A stretch of 62,959 nt of DNA, filler included, from Licmophora abbreviata (Eukaryota), in NCBI GenBank assembly GCA_900291995.1. It is 16 parts of 16 records of this genome, joined end to end, with 100 filler letters (N's around TTAATTAATTAA, not from the genome) between each part and the next. Parts side by side here need not be neighbours in the genome. Positions count along the whole stretch, not along the records: positions 32,096 to 37,656 come from OLMU01004307.1; positions 37,757 to 44,685 come from OLMU01004308.1; positions 44,786 to 47,800 come from OLMU01004309.1; 13 more parts are not named here. One strand, written 5' to 3'. The notes under the pieces were generated by a model that made no database searches, was not told where the DNA came from, and saw nothing but the letters and a program-made list of their open reading frames with translations. Made by a program: the position numbers and the translations under genes. Below are positions 34,262 through 45,286 of this stretch, piece after piece (position 1 is the stretch's first letter; the number at the start of each line of letters is the position of its first letter).

Positions 34262-35130
34262 GGTGTTGATAGATCAGCGAGCAGAAAGCTTTCTTTATGA
34301 TGAGTGCACTGACAGCAACTTTGCGATGAATGCACGAGCGGCGATTCGATGGCGAGTGATTTTGTGAGAATTTCGGCGAGTTCGTGTTGCTTGCGAGTTT
34401 AAAAAATATCAATTATCGCCGGAATACTATTCTATTTAACGAGTGATTTTTAATATGTATACAGTGTCAAATAATGTTATTTATGTAGTCGCCGAAATAG
34501 CGTAATTATGGCCTTCTAGCTGCCCGCGTTCGACGACTAAATAGATTCCCCGTGACGGTACTCACATGCCTCATGCCGGTAGGTCCATCATACCCGTACG
34601 AGTACGACGGTCCTGCTCGATGCATTTGTTGATCGAGAATGATGAATGATTGAATGATCGCTGATGACCATCAACACGGTACGAATATCATACCGCTTTT
34701 ATGTATTTACTATTTACTTCTCATGCGAGGCCTGGGGTTAGGGTTATTGCAGCTCGGAAGAGCGCCACTGGCACTTCAACTCTATGTATGAATGTGCAGA
34801 ACCCAGCAATGGTTTCTAGAGCACTTAGTAAAATAATGTGTACTGGTACGGATTTCCGGCAAAATAATCTCATGAAAATGAGCACAGTAGGCCTGGCCTA
34901 GTTACATCTATAGTACCGGTACCTCGTAGTAGGACTGTTTATTAAAATACGAAGTACCGATGCGGTTAGTACCCTAGAGACCTGGAAGACCACATCACGA
35001 TATCCACGGCCGGTCAGCCTCTACAGACACAAGCAAAAGCACCCCCCCCCCCCCCCCATCAATGTACGCAACAACCGTGAAAATAAGTCAATCTCCTTTT
35101 CAGTCGTACCCCCATGGTACTGTTTGGGTT

Positions 35131-36918
35131 TTATCCTTCAGCATCTAGCAGGTCATCAAGATCATTTTCTGCTTGTCCAGCTTTAGTTGCGTCTTTCAGA
35201 ACCGAGTAGTAAGACTCATCTGTAGAACCGGACTCTGAAATCTCGAGGGTACGGAGCGATGCGACTGGAAGTAGCTCTCTATAAGTGGAAGAATGAAGCT
35301 GACGGATGTGAAGAAGATCAGAATGCTTTTTTGCAACTCTATCTGGGATTGTTGTCATCTCTTCTCGAATGAGAGTACTAAGACTCGCTCGCTGATCATG
35401 CACCTCTTCCAGGAGTCGGAGTCGATCTGCCCGTTTCTGTTGGATGGCCTGACACTGCTCAAATGCATTTCGCATATTCTGCTCTCTTTCGACCTGGCAT
35501 CTCCCGATGTCATCCTCGATGTGCTGTAGGGTCTCGAATAGCGTATCCTGTTTTCTGTTAAGGTCTTCCAGTGACTTTTCATCTCGCCGCATTGCAGCCA
35601 TACAATTATTCTGTACGTTAATTGCTTCAACAATGGCCTCCTCTCTCTCCATGGCAAGGTCGTATACATCTGCTTGGTGTGCCGTCATACTGTCAAGGGC
35701 TTGAGCGACGGAGGCAAGCTTCTCGATCAACAGTTTCTGGTCTTCTGCGAGATCGTCTCGTTCTCGTTTGAGAGCTTTGACTCGGTTCGCGTAGACACCC
35801 GTGGTCTCTTCAGCGCCTCTCCTAGTCTCAGCGAGGAGGGCCTTCAGATTGCTCCTTTCGTCCATGAGAATAAGCTCTGACTCCGTCTTCTCATCAAGTT
35901 GAGCTTGGAGTCGCGTATTGGTGGTTCTTATCGCAAGCGCTTCTTGTTCGTGAATCTCAACCGTCTCAGCATATTCAGCTTCCTTCACCTCACGCTCTTC
36001 GGCCATCTGTGTAATTGTCTGTTCCGCGGTAGCGAGTTTCATCTCCCGGACAACATGGCGATCTTGTAGCTCCCGACATTTCCGTTCCCATTCCACTCTC
36101 TCCTCAGAGGCAACCGCGATTTCCGATAAGAGCGACGCTTTGATCTCGTCCTTCTCCCTACTTAAAGCCTCTAGATTTTCATTTGCGATTGCAACCTGGT
36201 CGGATAGCGACTCTTCGATTTGTTTCTGTTTGATCTGGTCTCGCTTGAGCGAGTCCACTCTGTCAACTAGTAGGTGGGACGACTCATTGTTTTGTTGGAG
36301 ACGCGTTTCAAGCTTTGAGATTTTTTCCTTGTATTCCGCTAGATCCTGTTCGTTTTTGACCATAAGAGCATTCTGTAAAGCATCATGCTCTTCCTTTGTC
36401 CTGGCTACAAGATTCCTTGAGCTTGACTGCATCTGACAAAGCTCCTGTTGAAGTTCGACGATTTGCTTCCTGTGCGTGTCCAACTGGTCTTCATGTTTCT
36501 TCTGCGCGTCGACCAGATCACGCCTATGTTCCGCTTTAATTCGGTCCTCGGCTGCTCTGGAGCTTACCCTTGCTTCGTACAGCTGATTCTGCAGCTCTGC
36601 GATCTTTCCCAATAACTTCTCTGATAGCATATCGGATGACCCTGTTGAACCCTTTTCGCCCAAAGCTATCTGGCCTGGCAAATCGTCACGCCCTTCCTCA
36701 GGCGCCTTTGCGAACTTGCGCTGGGCGTTTCCGTCCTCTACCTTGGCCACTGACGTAACTTGCATCTCGGAATCGCGTCGTGCACGGAGACTATCAGAAC
36801 CCCGAACGCCCTCGACAATGACCCTGTTCAGATTTGTTGCGGTCGGCGCACCGACAGATCGAGCGAGTCCCACCTCTTCGTTACCTTCCATCGCTAGTCC
36901 CCGATTGTGGCTAGACAT
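35131..36918 (-). CDS. Coiled-coil protein, tandem paralogue of the C-terminal part of the 32294-34261 gene, with no ankyrin repeats in the ORF
   Basis: Aligned blocks ESSHLLVDRVDSL/ETSQVLVDHVNSL, KLASVAQALDSMT/KLAVVAKALDEMT and QRASLSTLIREEMTTIP/QRTKLSTLIEKELSVIP. Confidence 0.82.
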   Translation of the reverse strand: MSSHNRGLAMEGNEEVGLARSVGAPTATNLNRVIVEGVRGSDSLRARRDSEMQVTSVAKVEDGNAQRKFAKAPEEGRDDLPGQIALGEKGSTGSSDMLSEKLLGKIAELQNQLYEARVSSRAAEDRIKAEHRRDLVDAQKKHEDQLDTHRKQIVELQQELCQMQSSSRNLVARTKEEHDALQNALMVKNEQDLAEYKEKISKLETRLQQNNESSHLLVDRVDSLKRDQIKQKQIEESLSDQVAIANENLEALSREKDEIKASLLSEIAVASEERVEWERKCRELQDRHVVREMKLATAEQTITQMAEEREVKEAEYAETVEIHEQEALAIRTTNTRLQAQLDEKTESELILMDERSNLKALLAETRRGAEETTGVYANRVKALKRERDDLAEDQKLLIEKLASVAQALDSMTAHQADVYDLAMEREEAIVEAINVQNNCMAAMRRDEKSLEDLNRKQDTLFETLQHIEDDIGRCQVEREQNMRNAFEQCQAIQQKRADRLRLLEEVHDQRASLSTLIREEMTTIPDRVAKKHSDLLHIRQLHSSTYRELLPVASLRTLEISESGSTDESYYSVLKDATKAGQAENDLDDLLDAEG

Positions 36919-37440
36919 CTCTTGCAAGTCAATAGCGGCACTACTATCGAGGAGGCGTCAAGTGAACGTGGGGTACGTGTCAGAGAAGGAGAAGTACAGG
37001 TACCAGTTGAATTGTCTTGTGATGTGAGACGGAAACTTCGAAACTTCGGTATGCCGCCCAACGGATGCGTTCCAACGCGTCGGCGAGCCGCTTTGTTGAA
37101 GCAGATAGTATCACTGTTAAATAAAACTGGCATACAGATATGCAGAGTATTTGCAAGTACGCTTAAATGAACTAATGTATCATTTTATACATCCTGTCGC
37201 TTACTACATATTCATGTACATAGCTGTACCGGGTATGATAGGAACCTGGGTATTCATATCGTACGAGCTATGATACATACGAATCCCTTACTGTCGATTG
37301 TATCGACTAGTTCGACTGATTGCGTCTTCTCAAGCCGGCAACCCGATGTTCACTGTGATTGCAATGTGAAGCGTGAGGTCTGAGTGATGATGGATCGATC
37401 GAAAGATACTTTTTTCCAAGATATCATACTTCCTCCAAAG

Positions 37441-38378
37441 ATGATTGCCATTTCGGGTCTTCTTGTCTGGTTCCTCGTCCTCCCCTGCTCCGCCTTTGTC
37501 CGGGGGCGCCCCCTGGGGGCTGAGGGCTCTCGAATCGTCCAACCGACTTTTCGCAGCATCACTGCTCCCCCGTCCAGCTTGCGAGTTCGAGGCGGATCGG
37601 ACTCATCACTCAGGGCAGCTTCAGACTTCTCTGGTGCCGCTCGAGTCTTGTTTCAANNNNNNNNNNNNNNNNNNNNNNNNNNNNNNNNNNNNNNNNNNNN
37701 TTAATTAATTAANNNNNNNNNNNNNNNNNNNNNNNNNNNNNNNNNNNNNNNNNNNNTGCCGCTCGAGTCTTGTTTCAAAATATGGTGAGTCCGTCTGCGC
37801 TTCTCGCTGGAGGCTTGGTACCCCTGGGGTTTATTGCCCCGCCGATTCAAGGTGACAAACAAGTCCACAAGAATCTTAGGAAAATATACTATGTTCTCTC
37901 CGTACTCTCGCTAGCCAATGAGCTGACAGCGATAGTATATGCCACCGTGGCGGCGAACAAGCTTACCGAAACCGTCATCGCGCCCGCTTCTTCCACGTTC
38001 GAACTTATTCAGGGTGACTTCCAGCTCGAATGGGTGGCAACCAATGTCCATTTCCTGTTGGGCCTATTCGGCTTCCTCGGTCTTATTGGCTTGCGCGCCT
38101 ACACAATCTTTCCAGTGAACCTCAAACTACCTTGTGCCGGCTTTGTTGTGTCGACGCTGCTGCTCATGTGCAGTATTGTAAACCGAGGTGTCCAGGAGGG
38201 AGATCGGTCGGGTTCGAAACTTGGACTCTCGTTTGGATCGTTGATCACGCGCTACTTCGTCCTGTTAGCCAAGCGACTCTACAACACCGGAGGCATTGTA
38301 CTTGGAGCGTCGATGTTGCTCGGTACCGTGTCGTCGATACTTGCCGTACGAGCGCTGTTGACTGCCGAAGGAGATTAG
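37441..38378 (+). CDS. Plastid-targeted multi-pass membrane protein of unknown function (spans a linker; the contigs overlap by 22 bp)
   Basis: Signal peptide ending PCSA^FV (ASAF-type), then a Ser/Arg-rich transit peptide. TGCCGCTCGAGTCTTGTTTCAA occurs at 37635-37656 and 37757-37778, so the halves merge in frame (AARVLFQNMVSPS). Several TM helices. Confidence 0.82.
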
Positions 38379-38553
38379 GGGATGCTGTCGAGAGGAATAA
38401 GACATCACAGACACCAAACACGTTTTGCTAAACTCACAGTCCCAGAAGTCTCGATTTTATAGAGTGCTTTAAGTTCTTTTCTACACGGCGCTTCATGGCT
38501 TTCACCATTAGAGTCTCATCCGACACATCCTCCACGCGCTCGGATAGTCTACC

Positions 38554-39398
38554 TTACTTCTTTCCCTTTTTCTTGAAGATGTTCTTGAGGCCCTTTTTGC
38601 TAGAGTCTAACGATGGAAAAGAGGACGGCCCCGCGTTAATGCATTTTCCACAATGATGACGAGTGTGAACAGCATCTGATAGCGGCACTTACTCTTCTTG
38701 TCCAACTTTTCTTTAACCTTCGCGAGCTCTTGTTTGGTTTGACGTTCGTTCTCGACAAGGTCCCGCGTTGATCGTTGCAGCTCGTTGAACTTTTCCTTTT
38801 CCTGTTCTAGAGAAGCCTCCACCTCCTTTGCCTTTTCAATCTCCGAAGAACGCTGAGCCTCGTATCTTTCTTGGAAATCATCTGTGTAGGTGTTGATGAT
38901 GTTGTAAAGAGCCTCGTTCGATCCAAAGGGAGCACACGCCAGCGGCTCGCGGTCCTTGTGTCCCTTGGCGCGGACAGCATTAGGGAATTTTTCAATCAAC
39001 GCCCAGATGGTCTCCACGCTAGCACCATGTCGGAACGCCAAGTGAAGAGGGAGATTTGTCTGGTCATCGATACATCGAACGCCCTTTGGGTAGGCCTCGA
39101 TGAGTGCGGTGACGACATTGGTCGGCGCCCTGAAGAGAAGCGCTGCATGCAGGGGAAGCTGCGTCCAACGCACGTTTCCAAGAATATCGTATCGTGTGAC
39201 CCAGGTACGCACTTGGTCAGGTTTCATATAGTAGTCAAGGGCATACCGCCAATTCTTGTCTTCGAGTGCTTCGTACAGCTTCGTAGCTTGATCGTCGTAG
39301 TCGCATTCCAGAGGCTCCTCTTCTTCCTCCGTATCCTCCGTGACAGCTTTGGCCATTGTCTGGTCCGCGCACGAGAACCATGATGTGTACAGCGACAT
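38554..39398 (-). CDS. Ankyrin-repeat plus short coiled-coil protein (same family) with a polybasic C-terminus; intron 38607-38692
   Basis: ECDYDDQATKLYE, WTQLPLHAALLF and DDQTNLPLHLAFR. The GTAAGT..TAG intron gives terminal exon NSSKKGLKNIFKKKGKK*. Confidence 0.85.
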
Positions 39399-39802
39399 GT
39401 TAGAGAGGGCGACCGGGACAGCAACTACGACTCCAAGCGAAGAAGCGGCGAAATCACTACTTTGTGAGCGAAGGCAAAGCCATCCTGCAACAACCGATCC
39501 ACAACGAGCGCTTTCGGCGATGCGCTGGCGTCTTTTATTGGATTAGTGAGTAAACGTCTCTAAGAGTTATGATACATTTGATATGATAAAAGAGAGGAAG
39601 ACACAATTTTGTCAAAAGGGACTCTTATAATGAGCTACTACTCAGTACTGAAGGTTAAAATGAGGAAGCAAAGTGAAAAAATGGTGGACGCATGACGGAC
39701 CACACGCTGGTACCCGCCTCCATGGTGAGGCGATGTAAGACTATTCAATAAAAGCATCAGCCACAGGCCACAGCTTTCCTTAAGGGTGGTTTCTTCAGCG
39801 CC

Positions 39803-40927
39803 ATGAGTAGTGAAGTAGAATCGCGGCATCGCAAGGAGCTCAAGGCTCTGGAGGGCGAAAAGCGAGCGGCGTTGAAAAAAGCCAAGGGAACAAAGGGCAA
39901 AAAGGCCAAGGAGGCCCTGGCGAGGTAGGTGCGCGCTTGCAAGCATGTTGCGAGTATGTAAATCTACACTGCTACTTCTTATGATTCAAGAAGTATAAAG
40001 TATGTTGTGTCAGCTTAAGTTCATTTTGAATTTGTTTCCATGTCGCTCAGCGTGGAAGAAGACTATGCCCAGAAGCTTGCCGATCTTCGATCAAAGCACA
40101 AGGAGGAGCTGACCGCATCTGGGGACGGAGATGCTGGCATCGTCGATGATTCTGAGCCTGTCACTGACTCGCTAGGGCCGGATCAGTCTGCAGATGCAAT
40201 CAAAGAAGTACCAGAACAAGAGGACTCAGCTGCATCTGCTCGAGAGCGAAAGCAGGCAAAGGCTCGTCGCAAGCGGGAAAAGCAAAAGCAACTTCAGCTC
40301 GAGAGAGAGGCCGAGCAGGAACGTGACTTGAAAGATCCTAATACGGCCCGACGACTCGAATTGGAAATATTGAAGACAAAACTTGATCCACTGCAACTCG
40401 AAATCCGTGAGGTGGCGAGCGACGGACATTGTTTGTATCGAGCTGTGGCTGCACAAGTGAATGAAAAGGACTTTATGGAAATTCGTACGTATGATTAGAG
40501 GACGACCTTTGCTTCTGGTTTGACCCAATCAAGCATTTTTCATTTCTAACTGGACCGCGTCGGTTTTGGGAAAAACCATACAAACTATCATTACACAGGG
40601 AGACTTTGTGCACAGACACTGGAGCAGCATGAAAGTGACTTTAGTCCATTCTGTGAGTTCGGTGAGGGCGTGACCAGCTATTCGCAGTACATTGACCGAG
40701 TCAAGAACTCTTCCGATTGGGGCGGACACGTCGAGCTGCGAGCACTCAGTCTGGTACTGCAAAAGAAAATTCTTGTGTACTCCGCTCAGCACGTAGAACC
40801 TCTTGTCATGGGAGAAGAGAATTCAGAGGCAGAACCCATTCGCCTGTCGTATCACTTGCACTACTATGCTTTGGGGGAGCACTACAATCATGTAATACTC
40901 AAGAAAGGCGACGACGATCAGTCCTAG
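39803..40927 (+). CDS. OTU-domain deubiquitinase (OTUD6B/Otu2-like); introns 39925-40050 and 40485-40598
   Basis: N-terminal RHRKELKAL; catalytic DGHCLYRAV, WGGHVEL and LGEHYN; both introns splice in frame. Confidence 0.92.
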
Positions 40928-41072
40928 AGTGCAGCAGTCTGTCTGAAGCAAACTTGGGTGCAAGAAATCATGATGTTAGTTATGTAGAAAGCGTTCCTCA
41001 GACGCTAGTATTTTGCTAGACCGTGTTGGAAACCTCGACCCAAATCACAAAGTTTCATTCGTCTTTTGCCTT

Positions 41073-44000
41073 TCAAGAAACCTGGGACAGGCGCCATGCC
41101 CCGACGGTATCATCCCATCGTGTGTTCGAGGGGGCGCGACCGCGTGGACGAATGTATTTTCCCGACCCATCTAATTCCGCTGGCTTTCGGGGTGGAAGCC
41201 ATTTGTCGACTCCAAAGCTGTCGTCATCACTGCTCGAGTCGGTACCGACAGGATTGTCGGATCTGTGGTTCAGGACCGACGCAAAAGGAACGCGAGAACG
41301 AAGGCGGATGCCTCGTTCTTCCTTTTTCGTTGAGGACTTCGCAGCTTCCCCCATTGTCGCTACGTCGCATGCAACTTCGCTCAAGCGCTTCCGACTGATG
41401 CGGGTTACACGCGGGGTTGTATCTTCTTCTTCCTCCTCACTTTCCGGTTCTTCTTCGTCCTCGTTTTCGCTGTCGTCAGCGTCCTCGTTTGGTTCTTCCT
41501 CTTCCTCCTCCTGCTCTTCCCGAATGATTCGCTCGTAGCTCTCTATCATTTCTTCCTTGTTCTTCTGAAGCTTGGTGAAGTCGCCACGGGCTTTCTCCAG
41601 CTGATCCTTGAGCGATTCTATCTCCACTGTCTGAGAGGCGAGCGCTTTTTTGTGAGCATCCCTGAGGATCTCGGTCTCTTGGGCGTTCGACTTCATCTTC
41701 TCCAAGTGTTCCACCTTGATATTGGAGATTTCGGACACATGCTCTTCTCTCATCCGCACCATCTCTTCCTCACATTCCTCGACTTTGTCGATCAGCTCCG
41801 AGATCTGCTCCTCAGCTTTTTCCATCTTAACCTTCCGAGCAGTTTGGGGCACAATGGAATTCAACTTGAGTTTCGTTTTGAGACTATCGATAATATCTTG
41901 GAGCTTCTCGGTGCGGCGTCTCATCTCATCTTCCATCTCTGACGCAAGTTCCAAGCGAAGACTTACTTCCTGCTGTGAGTTCTGCTCCTTTAGAGCCTCA
42001 ATTTCGGCGTTCGCAAGGGACAGAGAAGTTTGGAGCCGCTTGACCTCCTTATCATGCGAGGCTTTAGCTACAAGGTCGTTCGCCTTGGACTTGTCGCTAG
42101 CGGCGTTGACGAGGGCTCGCGAACTACCAAAACGAAAGGCCTTTGGCTTCTTGTCTCCATCTCTGGACGACGTTTTGAAGGCAGGAGGAGCAGCGGCGAT
42201 GGCGACAGGCGGCTTTCGCCTCTCGTTCATCGGCTCGGCCTTGCGCTTGCGGGTGTTGTCAACTACGTGTTTTTTCGGCGAGAATCTCTTCGGGGAGAAC
42301 TTCTTGACGAGCTTTGCAATTTTGCTAGACTTGGATTCGAAGGCACGTTCCTTTCCAAGGTTGGCTCGCTTCAACGGACGCCCATTGTAGTCATGCGTTG
42401 GCTCCAGGTTGTCACCCATACCCTTGCGTTTGCGCATGTACTCCCCTTGAGTGATCTGAACGTTCTTCGAATCACTCGCATACGACAGGACATGCTGGGT
42501 CTCGTCAAAGTCGGCGGCGCAGGGATTGACATTGACAATCATGGAGGTGCGGCTAGCAGACCGTCCTGTCAAGTGGTTCATGAAGAGGTGAGTAAGCTTG
42601 GACTCACGCCACGGCATGACGGCGGCAGATGCTGAACCAGACTGGTTTTCGCGCATTACAGAAAGGCATCGCATGAGCTTCATCAACGAGCCGTTAATGA
42701 GAGCCGCTTCCTTCTGTCGAGCAGACCCATTCGCCATTCCAGTGCGCTTAGATCGCTCGCTCCCTGCCAAATCAACAATCCACAGTGTCACGGTGTTCTC
42801 CACGCTGCTAGCCACGTGAGAAGCCTCCTCGTCTGTCGTGTATCCATTGTCGACACCACCACCGTCAGGATAGTTCTGCCCAGCAACGGCGGCATGAGCT
42901 GAAGAGCGTCTAGAAATCTCCAATTGGCATATGCAGTGCGATCGACTGGAGTCAGCATTGATGTTGTTGGAGGATGTGTGGCGTTTGGTCTTGGCCTTGT
43001 CGGCGAGCGCCATTCCATCAGCGACACTATTGACACGATGCTTGGCGAGCCCACGGACAAATGTTTGACCACGACTTTCTCGAAGTTTCAGTGGGGCGCT
43101 CCCTCTTCCTCTGAAACGAAAGGAAGTGCTGGAGCTTGCAGCCTCGTTCGGAAGCAGGTCAAAGATGTGCTCGTTGTAAATCTCCAAGTAACTCAGACGC
43201 AGCTCGTAGTGATCGGCTCCTTCCATGTGCGCAAAGATGTCTTGCATTGCTCGAGGGATGATCCCCCACTTGGTACTAGACGGCTTTCCATGAGCATCAC
43301 CCATCATGGTATAGGTCTTTCCAGCATTGGTGATGCCGTACGCAAAGAGAAGAGCCGATTCTCCAGTCATATTGTTCTTGTCGTTGGGAAAGAGTCCGCT
43401 GACCAATGGAGAAGCTACAACATTGTAAATATCTTGCTGGTTCTCCTCTGGACCAAAGACCTGATGAAAGTCGAACTCCTTGATGCCCTTGATAGAGGCG
43501 TCGTCGTCACCGCCGCGCGCGACCTTGGCAGCATTCGAGTCGAGAGGAGGGTACGTTCGAATGGTCGTGCCTGCCATGCTGGAAGGCTCGACGACCTCGA
43601 TTGTGTTGTTGATATTGTTGTTGTCTGCCGCCGCGGTCTTACTGTGGGACGGCAAGGGCCGAATACGAAGATACACTGCAAGCGGAATGGATTTTTCAGC
43701 GCGAGGACGCACAGCACGGGGAGGCAACTGAGTCGTCTTGATGACTCGTTGTTTCGCCGACTTCTCCAGCTTGGCCACATGCTGCGAGACTACAGAGCTC
43801 TTCACGACATTGCTGGAGTACACATGCTTGTCGAAGGTTTCGGACAGGTTCTTGCGTAGCGTCATGGCAACGGCGAAATTGAACTCTTCGCTGCTCCGCG
43901 ATGATTCCGTGTCGTCGTTGTCGCTTTCTTCTTCCACGACGACGGTAATGTCGTGGACATGATCGTCGTTGTCGTTGTCGTTGTCGTTGTTCGGGTCCAT
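41073..44000 (-). CDS. Kinesin motor protein, kinesin-6 (KIF20/KIF23-like)
   Basis: VYLRIRP, P-loop YGITNAGKTYT, SSRSH, DLAGSER, PWRESKLTHLF and MIVNVNP; coiled-coil stalk. Confidence 0.92.
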   Translation of the reverse strand: MDPNNDNDNDNDDHVHDITVVVEEESDNDDTESSRSSEEFNFAVAMTLRKNLSETFDKHVYSSNVVKSSVVSQHVAKLEKSAKQRVIKTTQLPPRAVRPRAEKSIPLAVYLRIRPLPSHSKTAAADNNNINNTIEVVEPSSMAGTTIRTYPPLDSNAAKVARGGDDDASIKGIKEFDFHQVFGPEENQQDIYNVVASPLVSGLFPNDKNNMTGESALLFAYGITNAGKTYTMMGDAHGKPSSTKWGIIPRAMQDIFAHMEGADHYELRLSYLEIYNEHIFDLLPNEAASSSTSFRFRGRGSAPLKLRESRGQTFVRGLAKHRVNSVADGMALADKAKTKRHTSSNNINADSSRSHCICQLEISRRSSAHAAVAGQNYPDGGGVDNGYTTDEEASHVASSVENTVTLWIVDLAGSERSKRTGMANGSARQKEAALINGSLMKLMRCLSVMRENQSGSASAAVMPWRESKLTHLFMNHLTGRSASRTSMIVNVNPCAADFDETQHVLSYASDSKNVQITQGEYMRKRKGMGDNLEPTHDYNGRPLKRANLGKERAFESKSSKIAKLVKKFSPKRFSPKKHVVDNTRKRKAEPMNERRKPPVAIAAAPPAFKTSSRDGDKKPKAFRFGSSRALVNAASDKSKANDLVAKASHDKEVKRLQTSLSLANAEIEALKEQNSQQEVSLRLELASEMEDEMRRRTEKLQDIIDSLKTKLKLNSIVPQTARKVKMEKAEEQISELIDKVEECEEEMVRMREEHVSEISNIKVEHLEKMKSNAQETEILRDAHKKALASQTVEIESLKDQLEKARGDFTKLQKNKEEMIESYERIIREEQEEEEEEPNEDADDSENEDEEEPESEEEEEDTTPRVTRISRKRLSEVACDVATMGEAAKSSTKKEERGIRLRSRVPFASVLNHRSDNPVGTDSSSDDDSFGVDKWLPPRKPAELDGSGKYIRPRGRAPSNTRWDDTVGAWRLSQVS

Positions 44001-44318
44001 CACGGAAGCAGCAGATCAGGAGGAGGCTGTGATGCAGGCAGCAACAAGAAAGAGAAGGGATGTGCGTGTTGGATCGTTCGTTGATGTCGTGTTGTGATTT
44101 TACGAGTATGTTTGGGAACGAAAGTTTGAATTGAGTTTGACGGCCAACACGTAGAAACTGTACTACAGGCTACACGAACATGAGTAACGGTCGTGAGTCC
44201 GTCCGGCGCCCGTGCGAACTTCCGAGTCGAGCTGAGTCGAACTGTTCGCGCTCAAGTTACCGCTTACTAAATCAAACCTGTGGTGCGTTTTGTGTGAGAC
44301 CGCACATCGAAGGTGACC

Positions 44319-44894
44319 ATGTTGGAAGTTACGGCATATCTTTTGTGCAAACTGGGAGGCAAGGCCGGCAGTGAGGCCGACATCAAGGCTGTACTGGAGG
44401 CAGCCGGGGCAGAAGTGAACGAAGAGGCTTTGTCACAACTGACGGGAGATTTGGGCGACAAGGATGTCGAGGAACTGCTCAAGGACGGAATGGAGAAACT
44501 AAAGGACGTGCCAATGGGAGGCGGCGGCGGTGGCGGTGGAGGAGGCGGCGGTGGAGGAGGAGGCGATGGTGCTGCTGCAGAAGAAGAGAAAGAAGAGGAG
44601 GAAGAAGGCAAGTTTGGTTGTGAATGTCAACGACAGCCAGAACACGCACTACCCGCAAGACTACTTTTGCTGTCATTGATTCTTTNNNNNNNNNNNNNNN
44701 NNNNNNNNNNNNNNNNNNNNNNNNNNNNNTTAATTAATTAANNNNNNNNNNNNNNNNNNNNNNNNNNNNNNNNNNNNNNNNNNNNATGATTTCTCACACG
44801 TTTGCATCGTTCTTACTCGTTCGTGATTGCAGAAGAAGCCGAGATTGGAGGAGGTATGGACATGTTTGGCGGAGACGACGGGGGTGACTACTAG
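44319..44894 (+). CDS. RPLP2: 60S acidic ribosomal protein P2; GC-AG intron 44608-44832 containing a linker
   Basis: AYLLCKLGG...DIKAVLEAAGAEV...KDVEELL, Gly hinge and acidic tail; exon 2 reads EEAEIGGGMDMFGGDDGGDY* in frame from donor AG/GCAAGT. Confidence 0.9.
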
Positions 44895-45286
44895 AAAAGC
44901 ATATCAAACACTTTAGTTTGCGTCCGCTTTCGTTTCGTTGTGTTTGAGTGTGTGTTGTTGTCGTCCTTAGTGTTGAGAGGAAGATGTTTCATGAAGAACT
45001 GGTATTCGATGCAGTTCTGATCATGCACAAACTCAGGGTCGGGCACCAACAGCGTATATCGAGTCGAGTCCTAGCGTGTGGGTTTACGTGATTGGGGAGG
45101 GAGGGACATTGCTATCATATATCATTCACGTAGTCTACGTGCAATGAAAGGAAAAGCCGCCAACACTATCAAATACAGATTGTACCTATTTCCAGAGGGA
45201 GGAGCGGTTTGGGTAACGATGGTCCACTACTACCGCAGCGCGAGCAACATTGTGTGGCTTTCGTTCACACTGCCGGCTCCATATGT

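Noticed and set aside
35042..35057. Poly-C run between the coiled-coil paralogues
   Set aside because: Isolated homopolymer with no supporting structure.
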